Source of the DNA: Aquificales bacterium
Lineage (GTDB): Bacteria > Aquificota > Aquificia > Aquificales > QOAS01
Reading direction: 5' to 3'
DNA: 64,000 nt
Assembly: GCA_027036735.1 (NCBI GenBank)
Contig: JALWDU010000094.1
Coordinates: 2,326 to 66,325, forward strand
Of the stretch, positions 32,169 through 41,320 are shown in pieces (position 1 is the first letter of the stretch; each line of letters opens with the position of its first letter). Under the pieces are notes generated by a model, which worked only from the letters and a program-made list of their open reading frames with translations, ran no database searches and had not been told where the DNA came from. The position numbers and the translations under genes were made by a program.

Positions 32169-33101
32169 ATGCGCATTTTGGTCACGGGCGGAGCCGGCTT
32201 TATAGGTTCAAACCTCGTGAGGAAACTCCAAAAGAGATTCCCCCAAGCGGATATAGTGGTGGTCGATAACTTCACCAGCGGGGATTTTAAAAATTTGATA
32301 GACTTCAAAGGGGAGTTTATTCCCGGCGATATTTCCGATAGGGGGTTTTGGGATTATTTGGCTTCCTCTTATAGTTTCGATGTGGTCTTCCACCAGGCGG
32401 CGATAACCGATACCACAGTCCTCGACCAGGAACTGATGACAAGGGTTAACACTCTGGGGTTTAAATACCTTCTCGATGTAGCCCTCGAGAGGTGGAACGC
32501 AAAGGTTGTTTACGCCTCTTCGGCGGCGGTCTACGGCAATTGCCCCGCCCCCATGAGGGAGGATGGCTGTTTGAAACCGGAAAACGTCTATGGATTTTCC
32601 AAACTGATGATGGATAGGCTTGCCGAAAGGTATCTAAAGCGCTTTCCCGAAGCCCGCATAGTGGGTCTTAGATACTTCAACGTCTACGGTCCCGGCGAAG
32701 CCCACAAGGGAAAATTTGCCAGTATGGTTTACCAGCTCGCCGTTAAGATGATAAGAGGCGAGCGTCCCCGTCTCTTTAAATGGGGCGAACAAAAGAGGGA
32801 TTTCGTCTACGTAAAGGATGTGGTGAAGGCAAACCTACTCGCCATGGAAAAGGACGTTTCCGGGGTGTTTAATGTAGGCTACGGAAAGGGTCGCTCTTTT
32901 AACGAACTCGTGGCTATTTTGAACAAAGTCCTCGGAACGAATTACGATATCGAATATTTCGACAACCCTTACGACTTTTACCAAAACTACACCGAGGCGG
33001 ATTTAACCAGAAGTTCCACCATTTTGGGATACAAACCCGAATGGTCTCTCGAAAGGGGGGTTGAGGATTACGTTAAAAACCATCTATTGGGAAATAAATA
33101 A
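32169..33101 (+). CDS. hldD: ADP-L-glycero-D-manno-heptose 6-epimerase
   Basis: GGAGFIGSN, YGFSK, GLRYFNVYGPGEAHKGKFASMVYQL as in HldD/RfaD. Confidence 0.85.
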   Translation: MRILVTGGAGFIGSNLVRKLQKRFPQADIVVVDNFTSGDFKNLIDFKGEFIPGDISDRGFWDYLASSYSFDVVFHQAAITDTTVLDQELMTRVNTLGFKYLLDVALERWNAKVVYASSAAVYGNCPAPMREDGCLKPENVYGFSKLMMDRLAERYLKRFPEARIVGLRYFNVYGPGEAHKGKFASMVYQLAVKMIRGERPRLFKWGEQKRDFVYVKDVVKANLLAMEKDVSGVFNVGYGKGRSFNELVAILNKVLGTNYDIEYFDNPYDFYQNYTEADLTRSSTILGYKPEWSLERGVEDYVKNHLLGNK

Positions 33102-33228
33102 CCTTCTCTAACTCTATGAGGATAAAGGAAACTTCTTTCTGATTTAGGATTTTTTTTGCATCCTTTCTTTTTTTTTAAAGTAGGAAATTAAATAGGAAAA
33201 AACTTGAATTTTATGTCAAAAAAGAAGT

Positions 33229-33901
33229 GTTCCAAACCCTTATGGAGATATGAATTGAAGTTTCATATCCTCCTTGAGGTTTTTTGTTTCCCGTTTTAAT
33301 CCTTTATGGGGATATAAAAATACTTAGCATCTAAAACCGAAAAACAGGTGCGTTTTAAGCCCCTATAGGGGCATAACAACTTTTGGAGGCAAATTTCTCT
33401 ATATCGTCAATATCGAGTTTCAATCCCTTCTAGGGACATAACAACAATCTTGGAAGATGATGGATTTACCCCCAACTATGTTGTTTCAATCCCTTATAGG
33501 AACATAACAACGTTCGTTGATATTGAAAATTCACCGCTGGGACGAAGTTTCAATCCCTTATAGGAACATAACAACAAAATCGTATTCTTAGAAGGACTCT
33601 GCTTTAGGGAGGGTTTCAATCCCTTCTAGGGACATAAAAACAAACTTCACCTACCACCCGCGGGACTGCTGTTGCTGTGTTTCAATCCCTTCTAGGGACA
33701 TAACAACCAAGGTTAAATTTAAAGAAAATGATTTAGAAAATTGTTTCAATCCCTTCTAGGGACATAACAACGAAATCAGGAAAAAGAAAATAATGTATCG
33801 AAAACAGAGTTTCAATCCCTTCTAGGGACATAAAAACTTCGAGGTTCGCCATATCCTTGGAATTATGGCTGTGTTTCAATCCCTTCTAGGGACATAAAAA
33901 C
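33229..33901 (-). CDS. placeholder
   Basis: placeholder. Confidence 0.
33229..33901 (-). CRISPR. CRISPR array: 8 conserved plus 3 decayed 29-nt repeats, 35-37-nt spacers, no adjacent cas genes
   Basis: Plus-strand repeat gtttcaatcccttctagggacataacaac at 33417, 33483, 33547, 33613, 33679, 33743, 33809 and 33873. Decayed copies at 33352 (5 mismatches), 33293 and 33229. The minus-strand reading ends GGGATTGAAAC and the decay is at the left end, so the leader is probably on the right (33902 onward). Confidence 0.93.
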
Positions 33902-34194
33902 CAAGATGAGGCCAATCTTATTAAGTTGCCAAGGAACCCAACCCTTACTTGGGTTTAAAGAATACCAAACCCACCTAAAGGAGTCAAGCAAAAATTGACT
34001 TTCTAAGTCAACCCTATATTGACATTAATTTCCTGGAGTGTACCCTTTCGTTGGAACTCTAAGACAAAACTCAATTCTGCAAAAAGTTTTTGTCAAATTT
34101 CAATCCTTAACTTGTCATTAAATCTTGAGTCTGACCTTATAAAGGTCAAAGTTATAAAATTTCTCCTCTCGCAATATCCCCGGGAGGGTTTTAA
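33902..34194. promoter_or_regulatory. AT-rich CRISPR leader / divergent nrdA promoter region with GTCAA/TTGAC palindromes
   Basis: GTCAA-N7-TTGAC at 33983-33999 and 34007-34023. Perfect TGACCTT-ata-AAGGTCA at 34132-34148, 47 nt upstream of the nrdA ATG. Confidence 0.4.
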
Positions 34195-37100
34195 ATGCTG
34201 TTTGAAGTCATAAAGAGGGACGGGCGCGTCGAGCCTTTCGATACGAAAAAGATAGAGAAGGTTATAAACGTCTGCGCCGAGGGGCTCAACATTGACCTGG
34301 AAAAGTTTTCCCAAAAGCTCGCGCTCTTTCTAAAACCTCGCATGACGACGCGGGAAATTCAGCACAACCTCATAACCGCCGCCATCTCCCTGATAGTCAC
34401 CGAGGAGAACAAGGAGGATTGGAGCAGGTTCGCCAACCGCCTCATTCTGGTCGATTTCAAAAAGGAGATGCGTGTCCGTCGGGAGCAGAAATACAACGCA
34501 AAGGTTACCCGTTACGGGTTTTTTGAAAATTTTGAGGACTTTTACAGGTTTTTAAACGAATACGTCCAAAAGGGGGTCTATTCGAAACTCTTCCTCGAAA
34601 TCCCCAAAGAGGTAATGGAGGAACTCTACTATGCCATTTTCGACAAGGATAACTTTTCCAACCCTTTGTGGAACAAAGCCAAACATATGCAAACGCAGAA
34701 GTTCATCCGCTCCTACCTTACGGAGGAAAACAACTTTCCCATAGAACTCCCGGAGGAGGTTTGGTTTCTCCAATCCCTTTTGGGGTTCCTGCCTTCGGTC
34801 AAAAACTACGGTAGGGACTGGGAGTATTACAAACAAAAGGTGCTGAAGCATTTCGAATACCTGTCGGAGTTTCTAATAATTCCCGCAACCCCGCAGATGT
34901 TAAACCTCCGCAGGGCTAGGGCAAATCTGTCTAGCTGCTTTATCCTCGATGTGAACGACAACACCGAGAGCATAGTCCACACCCAGAGCCAGATAGCCCA
35001 AATCTCGCGGAATGCGGGCGGTGTCGGTCTCTTCATAGGAAAACTACGCCCTTCGGGGAGTTGGATAAAGGGAAATAGGGGCAAAGCCAACAAGATAACC
35101 GATTGGGTCAAAATTTACGAGTCAACCGTCAACGCCTTCAACCAACAGGGTAAGCGTAAGGGTAGCATAACGGTTGCCCTTCCCGTTTGGCACAAAGATA
35201 TTTTGGACTTCCTCGAAGTTATAGACCTCGATATAGGGGAGATAACCAAAAAATCCCCCGACGTTTTCACCCAGGTGGTTATTCCCAACTTCTTCTTTAA
35301 GTTTGTAAACGAAAACCGCACCTTTTATCTGATAGACCACTACGAGATAACCCACATTTTGGGTAGAAAGGATTTAGACCTCTTAGAGGTATACGGCGAG
35401 GAAGCCGAGAGGAGATACGAGGAGATAGTCAACCTGATAGAGGAGGGTAAGGTTAAAAACTACAAGGCGGTAAACCCCCGAGAGGTCTTGAGAAAAATCT
35501 TCTACTACTGGGGTAGGAAGGGATTGCCTTACATCTTCTTTGAGGACAACGCCAATAAACCGTCGCCCTTTAAGGAGAAGATTTATTCGGCTAACCTTTG
35601 CGTGCATCCGAAAACGAAAATCCTGACCAAGGAGTACGGCTATGTGGAAATAGAGAAGGTTGCGGGTCAAATCCTCCACGTTTGGAATGGTAACGAGTGG
35701 AGCCTTTCCGCAATTTTCAAAACGGGCGAGAACTACAACAATTGGTATGAAATCGAATTTTCCAACGGTGAGAGGATTATTTGTACGGATTACCACAGGT
35801 GGTATGTAAAAAAAGACCCTAAAAAATACGGCAGGTCACCCACAGTGGTTAAGAGAACTTACCAACTGAAGGAGGGGGATATACTCGAAAAGTGGTCTCT
35901 TCCCCTTATAGAGGGCAGCGAAGAACTCCCATACGCGTACGAAAATGGGCTATTTTCTGCGGAGGGGACGGAATACGAAACATTTGATGTAATCTACCTA
36001 TACGACCGTAAAAGGAAATTAAAAGAGTTCTGCAGAGGTTTTTACAGAACTTACGAATATCCCAAAAACAAAATTTTAAAACTCTTTTACAAAAAGGGTG
36101 TGCTAAAACCCAAATTTTTTGTTCCCGACCACCGTTATACCGTTGAGAGCCGCATAAGGTGGTTGGAAGGGCTTTTCGACGGGGATGGAACCCTCGTAAG
36201 GAACGGAACCAACAAAAGCCTTCAGCTGGTTTCGGTCAATTACGAGTTCCTGTTAAAGGTTAAGAGAATGTTGGAAACCTTGGGGGTGAATACCAAAATA
36301 GTGGAGGGATACCCCGAAAGGGAAACGCTACTACCCGACCACAGAGGTGGGAAAAAACTTTATCGCTGCAAACCCTCGTGGAGGTTGTTGATACCCTCAT
36401 CCGAACTGGTGAAGTTGATAGACCTAGGTTTTTCCCCAAAAAGACTAAACGTTCGTATGGAAAAACTCCCCAACAGGAATGCCTCCCAATTCGTTCGGGT
36501 TAAATCGGTTAAAAAGTTGGAAAACTTCGTATGCGATAGCTATTGCTTCTTTGAACCCAAACTCAATAGGGGTGTTCTAAACGGTGTTTTAACGGGTAAT
36601 TGCGTCGAAAACTTTTCCCCCTTCCGCAACACCGACCCGAAAGACCTCTACTGTATCCCCGAAGAGGAGCTCGGATACATCCACACCTGCAATATAACGA
36701 ACGTAAACCTCCTAAAACTCTACGAGAAGGGTTATTTAAAAGAGACCGAGAGGTTGAAGGAATTTGTCTTCCACCTCTACGAGTATATGGATAACCTTAT
36801 CGACATCACCGACCTGCCGGTCAAAGAGAGCAAAAAGCATAACCGCCTCTTTAGAACGGTTACCGCCGGTTTTATGGGGCTCGCCGACCTCTTCGTTGCG
36901 AAATCGGTCGAAGACGGAAGGTATTACGGCTACCGCTACAGTTCGAGAAATGCCAATCCCGAAGATACCCTAAACCTTATAAGGGAAGTTTTCGGTAAAT
37001 TTTCTTTCCTCGCCGTTCTCGCCTCCACCGAGTTGGCGAAAGAGCGGGGTAAACCCCAAGGGTACGAAAAGACCAAATACCCCGATGGGGTCATTCTCGG

Positions 37101-37632
37101 AAGGTACGACCTAAAGAGGGAAAAAGATAGAGACCTCGTTAAGGACTTGATAGGAGAAAAGAACCTTAGGAGGTTGGAGGAAAATCTGTCCCTCTACGGG
37201 ATTAGGAATACGCTCCTCCTAAACTGTCCGCCCAACACCTCCACCTCCATACTCGCCGGCGTGAGCGCGGGGGTTATGCCGACCTTCTCCCTCACCCAGG
37301 TTGAAGACCAGCAAACCGGTCTGTTTGTCAATTTTGTTCCCCTATACCGCTACAAGTGGTTTTACGATACCTATACCAACTTTTCTTCCCTCTCCGACTA
37401 CGAAGACCTAACCGATATAGTCGCCGAAATTCAAAAATTTATCGACAGCGGAATTTCCTTCGAGATTACGGTAAATCACAACCACTTCGACACCGGGGAG
37501 AAGTTAACCACACTTTTCGCTCTTGTCCTCTCCGAGGCGAGGAAAAAGGGTATAAAAGCCCTCTACTATTGGAGGCATATACTCAAAGATAAAACCGTAG
37601 GGGTTGAGGAGTGCGAAAGTTGCGCCAATTAA
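34195..37632 (+). CDS. nrdA: class I ribonucleotide reductase alpha subunit, intein-containing
   Basis: N-terminal ATP-cone-like VIKRDGRVEPFD. The catalytic SANLC|VENF motif is split by a 334-aa intein. Followed by nrdB. Confidence 0.9.
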   Translation: MLFEVIKRDGRVEPFDTKKIEKVINVCAEGLNIDLEKFSQKLALFLKPRMTTREIQHNLITAAISLIVTEENKEDWSRFANRLILVDFKKEMRVRREQKYNAKVTRYGFFENFEDFYRFLNEYVQKGVYSKLFLEIPKEVMEELYYAIFDKDNFSNPLWNKAKHMQTQKFIRSYLTEENNFPIELPEEVWFLQSLLGFLPSVKNYGRDWEYYKQKVLKHFEYLSEFLIIPATPQMLNLRRARANLSSCFILDVNDNTESIVHTQSQIAQISRNAGGVGLFIGKLRPSGSWIKGNRGKANKITDWVKIYESTVNAFNQQGKRKGSITVALPVWHKDILDFLEVIDLDIGEITKKSPDVFTQVVIPNFFFKFVNENRTFYLIDHYEITHILGRKDLDLLEVYGEEAERRYEEIVNLIEEGKVKNYKAVNPREVLRKIFYYWGRKGLPYIFFEDNANKPSPFKEKIYSANLCVHPKTKILTKEYGYVEIEKVAGQILHVWNGNEWSLSAIFKTGENYNNWYEIEFSNGERIICTDYHRWYVKKDPKKYGRSPTVVKRTYQLKEGDILEKWSLPLIEGSEELPYAYENGLFSAEGTEYETFDVIYLYDRKRKLKEFCRGFYRTYEYPKNKILKLFYKKGVLKPKFFVPDHRYTVESRIRWLEGLFDGDGTLVRNGTNKSLQLVSVNYEFLLKVKRMLETLGVNTKIVEGYPERETLLPDHRGGKKLYRCKPSWRLLIPSSELVKLIDLGFSPKRLNVRMEKLPNRNASQFVRVKSVKKLENFVCDSYCFFEPKLNRGVLNGVLTGNCVENFSPFRNTDPKDLYCIPEEELGYIHTCNITNVNLLKLYEKGYLKETERLKEFVFHLYEYMDNLIDITDLPVKESKKHNRLFRTVTAGFMGLADLFVAKSVEDGRYYGYRYSSRNANPEDTLNLIREVFGKFSFLAVLASTELAKERGKPQGYEKTKYPDGVILGRYDLKREKDRDLVKDLIGEKNLRRLEENLSLYGIRNTLLLNCPPNTSTSILAGVSAGVMPTFSLTQVEDQQTGLFVNFVPLYRYKWFYDTYTNFSSLSDYEDLTDIVAEIQKFIDSGISFEITVNHNHFDTGEKLTTLFALVLSEARKKGIKALYYWRHILKDKTVGVEECESCAN
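35599..36600 (+). mobile_element. intein in NrdA (LAGLIDADG homing-endonuclease type), aa 469-802
   Basis: Starts CVHPKTKIL, block B CTDYH, LAGLIDADG-like LEGLFDGDGTL, ends VLTGN followed by +1 Cys. The exteins rejoin to SANL-CVENF. Confidence 0.85.
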
Positions 37633-37882
37633 AGGTCTATCACTTCTCCCTTTACCCCTCCTTTTGGGGAGATTTCAAAAACAACTTTTTGGGGATAAGG
37701 GATTTTTCAATCCTTTAAATGGTTTCTATAGGATTTGGAGAACCCTGGGGGGGTGTGTTATAAGATATAAACCTCGCAAGGGTGCTTTAACCACTCCCAC
37801 TTTTTAAAATGGGGGTATAAAACAAGTTAAATTTGGCAACAAAATAAGAAACAAGGCGAAAAAGCGCGCGGAGGTGTTTAAA

Positions 37883-39022
37883 ATGGAAAAAATTAACAAA
37901 GTAAAATCGCATTTATTCAACATTCTTGGCAATGATTTTAATCCGCAACTTACTCCCGTGAAATTTTTTGACAGCCCCCTAACCGAAGAACCAACGGGGC
38001 TTTTCACCATATTCCACCCGATGCACCCGGTTATATACGACTTTGTGAAACTCCAAAAGCAACGCCTGTGGAAGGCTGACGAGTATCCGATAGACCGCAC
38101 CCGCGAACAGTTCGACCAACTCGACGAGATAGACCGAAAGGTTTTCGAATACACGCTGAGCTTTTTGGCGTTCCTCGACAGCGTCCAGGTGGCGAACATC
38201 TCCGATATGGAAATCGTCTATAACATGCCCGAATACAAGATTTGGGGTGCGACCCACAAATACTTCGAGGTGGAACACTCGATAGCCTACTCCAATATCC
38301 TCTACGGACTCTTCAACCAAAACTTCGAAGAGGTTAAGCGCATTTTTTACCTCGCCAAAGACCACCCCGAACTTAGAAGACGCAACGAGCTTATAGCAAA
38401 CAACTATCAAAAGCTCTTCGACATCCTTTGGGAGGGTCTTAAAAACGTCTCCCCCCAAGAGTATGCGAGGACGCTAACCCACGTCTTTGCCGGAACCTAC
38501 GCGATGGAGTCGGTCACTTTCTACATGGGCTTTAAGACCATAGAGTTTTACCAATACAAGTATGGCGTTTTGCCTATGACAAACAAGATGATTTCCGAGA
38601 TAAAGGCGGACGAGCTTTTCCACGTTAAGGTAATGGCGACCATTATTAAGACTCTAAAACCCTACATAACCCGCTACATATCGGAGCAGGAGTTCGACGA
38701 GATAGTGGTCGGCACGCTCAAATCTTATGCCGAAGCCGACCTGCAATTCTACCAATCCATTTTGGCGCAAAATAACTTCGGAATAACCCAACAGCAGGTG
38801 GAAAATTACATTAAATTCTTAACCGATAAAAGGTTGAGATTGCTGGGATATAACCCCCTTTTCGGTGTTGAAGAAAATCCCTTTGAGGAGATAGACAGAC
38901 TTTACGGTTATCTCGACAGCCACGTAAACGAGGGTAAAAAGGAAGCCTTCTTCGAAACCAAATCCTCCGCCTATGTGACCGCCGAGCTCGACGACAAGGT
39001 TTTGTCTTCTTGGAAATTTTAA
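37883..39022 (+). CDS. nrdB: class I ribonucleotide reductase beta subunit
   Basis: Di-iron motifs FEVEHSIAY and ADELFHV. GGAGGT RBS 7 nt upstream of the ATG at 37883. Confidence 0.85.
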   Translation: MEKINKVKSHLFNILGNDFNPQLTPVKFFDSPLTEEPTGLFTIFHPMHPVIYDFVKLQKQRLWKADEYPIDRTREQFDQLDEIDRKVFEYTLSFLAFLDSVQVANISDMEIVYNMPEYKIWGATHKYFEVEHSIAYSNILYGLFNQNFEEVKRIFYLAKDHPELRRRNELIANNYQKLFDILWEGLKNVSPQEYARTLTHVFAGTYAMESVTFYMGFKTIEFYQYKYGVLPMTNKMISEIKADELFHVKVMATIIKTLKPYITRYISEQEFDEIVVGTLKSYAEADLQFYQSILAQNNFGITQQQVENYIKFLTDKRLRLLGYNPLFGVEENPFEEIDRLYGYLDSHVNEGKKEAFFETKSSAYVTAELDDKVLSSWKF

Positions 39023-39080
39023 AAATATCCCCGCGCCTAAGGGCGCGGGCTTCTATTTAAAAATAAGAAAAAGAAAAGAA

Positions 39081-40541
39081 TTAAAGAGTCCAAGGTTTGG
39101 GGTGAGCCTCCCAGTTTTCAGGCCATTCGCCGGTGGTTAGGTATTCGTGGCAATACTGCGCCGCCTTTCTTCCGTGGGCGATAGCCCTAACGACTGTGTC
39201 GCCGCCGTTGACCAGGTCACCGACAGCGAATACACCTTTCCAAGAAGTCCTAAAGTGGTCGTCAACATCGACGTTGTCCCACTTGTTGGTCTGTATCTCT
39301 TTCACACCTTCGTAGGCGGTGGTGTTAGCCGCCTGACCGACCGCAAATATTACGCTGTCAACCTCGATGATGTGCTCGCTACCCTCGATGGGTTTGGGTC
39401 TCGGTCTGCCGCCGTTCGGGTCGGGGACGAGCTCCATCTTTATACACTTTAGACCTTTAACGTTGCCGTTCTCGTCGCCTATTATCTCGAGGGGTTGGGT
39501 TAGCCAGTGTAGAATACCGCCCTCCTCCGCTATATGGTCCCACTCGACGTCCCTTGCGGAAGAGGTTTCCCTCGTCCTCCTATAGACGACGTGTGTTTCG
39601 ACACCAAGCCTAATGGCGTCGAGGGCGCAGTCAACCGCGGTAAAGCCCCCACCTATAACTGCGGTTTTCTTTCCGAGTTTGACCGGGGTTGCCGCCTCGG
39701 GGAACTTGTAGGCTTTCATCATGTTAACGCGGGTGAGGAACTCTATTGCGGTATAGACGCCGTTTAGCTCCTCGCCGGGGATACCCATCATCTTACCCTT
39801 ACCGCTACCGGTGGCGAGGATTATGGCGTCAAATTCCTTATAGAGGTTGTAGAGAGTTATCGATTTCCCCACGAGGACGCCGAGGTGGAATTTAATTCCC
39901 ATTTTGCGGAGTCTCTTTTCCTCCCACTCGAGGACGGAGCGGTCGAGCCTTTCGGGGGGTATTCCATACATCATTACGCCGCCTATATAGGGAAGTGCGT
40001 CGAATACGTGGACTTCGTGACCTTCCTTTCTGAGGTAGTAGGCGGCGGTTAGCCCTCCGGGTCCCGCACCGATGATGGCGACCTTTTTGCCGGTGTCGGG
40101 TTTTATTCCCTCGTCTATCTCTATACCGCTGAGCCTAATGGCGTCGCCTATAAACCTTTCAATAGCACCAATTCCGACAGCCAAACCTTTGTTTTTCTTC
40201 TGCCTTACGGCGTCGTAGGTCAAAATACAATGTCCTTCGCAAAGGCGCTCCTGGGGGCACACCCTACCGGTTATCGCGGGGAAGGGGTTGGTCTTTAGGA
40301 GAACCTTATAAGCCTCCACAATTTTACCCTGCTCGACGAGGTCTATGAATACCGGAATGTCGTTGTTTACGGGACACCCCGCCTTACACCTCTTGTCGTA
40401 GTCGCGGCAGAAGATACACCTGTCGCACTCGTCGAGGAGCTGGTTTACGGTGTACCCCATATCGTATTCTTTGAAGGTCTTCTTCCTAACCTCCGGCGGA
40501 AGGAGGCAGGTTTCGTTCCTATCCAACCAACGGATTGCCAT
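39081..40541 (-). CDS. nfnB: GltD-like NAD(P)H oxidoreductase large subunit (NfnB/SudA-like)
   Basis: N-terminal Cys clusters CDRCIFC...CKAGCP and CPQERLCEGHC. Two Rossmann GxGxxG motifs (IIGAGPGG, VIGGGFTA). Confidence 0.8.
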   Translation of the reverse strand: MAIRWLDRNETCLLPPEVRKKTFKEYDMGYTVNQLLDECDRCIFCRDYDKRCKAGCPVNNDIPVFIDLVEQGKIVEAYKVLLKTNPFPAITGRVCPQERLCEGHCILTYDAVRQKKNKGLAVGIGAIERFIGDAIRLSGIEIDEGIKPDTGKKVAIIGAGPGGLTAAYYLRKEGHEVHVFDALPYIGGVMMYGIPPERLDRSVLEWEEKRLRKMGIKFHLGVLVGKSITLYNLYKEFDAIILATGSGKGKMMGIPGEELNGVYTAIEFLTRVNMMKAYKFPEAATPVKLGKKTAVIGGGFTAVDCALDAIRLGVETHVVYRRTRETSSARDVEWDHIAEEGGILHWLTQPLEIIGDENGNVKGLKCIKMELVPDPNGGRPRPKPIEGSEHIIEVDSVIFAVGQAANTTAYEGVKEIQTNKWDNVDVDDHFRTSWKGVFAVGDLVNGGDTVVRAIAHGRKAAQYCHEYLTTGEWPENWEAHPKPWTL

Positions 40542-40562
40542 CTTTATACCTCCCTAAGGTGG

Positions 40563-41024
40563 TTATTTCAAAAATCCCCGCTCCTCGAGGAGTTTCCTAA
40601 AGGTTGCGTAGACCTCCTCGAGGAGCTCGGTAGCCTTTAAAGCCTCCTTGAGGTTTTTCAAAATCTTTTCGGTCTCCCAGGGGTAGGTGTGAATTATAAG
40701 GTTCCTCAAAGAGCGGAGTTGTAACCACTCCTCCGCGGAAGGTATCAAACCCAACCGTTCCAACCTGTTTAACCAATCTATAAAGGGAAGGTTTTCCACA
40801 TCCTCCTCCAACAGTTGGAGCGTAAGGGGGAAGAGTTTTTTCCCCATAGCGTCCTGCATTTTGGAAAAGCGGAAAATGAACGAGTCTATTACCGCCACTT
40901 TCTGGGGGTCTTCGAAAATTTCTTCGTCTAAAAAATCCCATTCCTCTATCTGTTTTTTGGCGTAGAGCATCCGTGCGCGGTGTCTTTCCAATTCCTCTAT
41001 AACCCTTTTGGGGTCTTTTAGCAT
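40563..41024 (-). CDS. HEPN-domain protein (putative toxin of HEPN/MNT pair)
   Basis: 153 aa. R-x4-H motif in LRSLRNLIIHTYP. Overlaps the upstream MNT gene by 7 nt. Confidence 0.7.
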   Translation of the reverse strand: MLKDPKRVIEELERHRARMLYAKKQIEEWDFLDEEIFEDPQKVAVIDSFIFRFSKMQDAMGKKLFPLTLQLLEEDVENLPFIDWLNRLERLGLIPSAEEWLQLRSLRNLIIHTYPWETEKILKNLKEALKATELLEEVYATFRKLLEERGFLK

Positions 41025-41320
41025 AGCCTCACACCCTTTGTTTTAGCCTCTAAGGCTATTTCCTTATCGCTTCCCCTTTTCTCCAAAACAACGTCTATCT
41101 TCCGCTCTCCAATTCTCAGGTAAAGCTTTGCCAGAAAGCGCGTCAATTTCTCTAAGTCGTATCCCTCTTCGGTTTCGATATAGAGGTCTATATCCCCACC
41201 CCGTTTGGTTAAATCGGTTCTCGAGCCGAAAAGCCATACACCTACCCCGTTTCCGAAAACCTCTTTGGCGCTTTTAACTATCGCCTCCACCTCTTGGGGC
41301 GATAACCTTACCCCTATCAC
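41018..41320 (-). CDS. minimal nucleotidyltransferase (MNT) putative antitoxin
   Basis: GS...DxD motif LFGSRTDLTKRGGDIDLYIE. Proposed GTG start at 41320 overlaps the nfnA-like stop (GTGA). Confidence 0.7.
   Translation of the reverse strand: MIGVRLSPQEVEAIVKSAKEVFGNGVGVWLFGSRTDLTKRGGDIDLYIETEEGYDLEKLTRFLAKLYLRIGERKIDVVLEKRGSDKEIALEAKTKGVRLC

Noticed and set aside
33229-33901. A feature-list entry with these coordinates, typed CDS and labelled placeholder, with confidence 0.
   Set aside because: It is a drafting artefact and should be ignored. The correct annotation for these coordinates is the CRISPR feature, listed last in the feature list.
34098-34126. A weak repeat-like stretch (atttcaatccttaacttgtcattaaatc) about 200 nt to the right of the last CRISPR repeat. 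It could argue for decay at the right end and so reverse my orientation call.
   Set aside because: Only about 19/29 positions match, with an indel. It is not at repeat-spacer spacing. The graded decay of three correctly spaced repeats at the left end and the ATTGAAAC tag are stronger evidence. The orientation caveat remains.
33902-34194. NrdR boxes upstream of nrdA.
   Set aside because: I could not find anything resembling the 16-bp NrdR palindrome as I remember it (acaCwAtATaTwGtgt). The palindromes present have a different sequence and are reported separately.
34019-34314. Small ORFs 34019-34213 (+) and 34093-34314 (-) in the CRISPR leader / nrdA start region.
   Set aside because: They lie in AT-rich leader/promoter sequence or overlap the nrdA 5' end. 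They lack an RBS and any motif.
37700-37745. Repeat-like fragment in the nrdA-nrdB spacer (gggatttttcaatcctttaaatggtttctatagga).
   Set aside because: It shares only tttcaatcc and tatagga with the CRISPR repeat and needs an 11-nt insertion to align. It also forms a simple hairpin (aagggatt/aatccttt), so chance resemblance is more likely.
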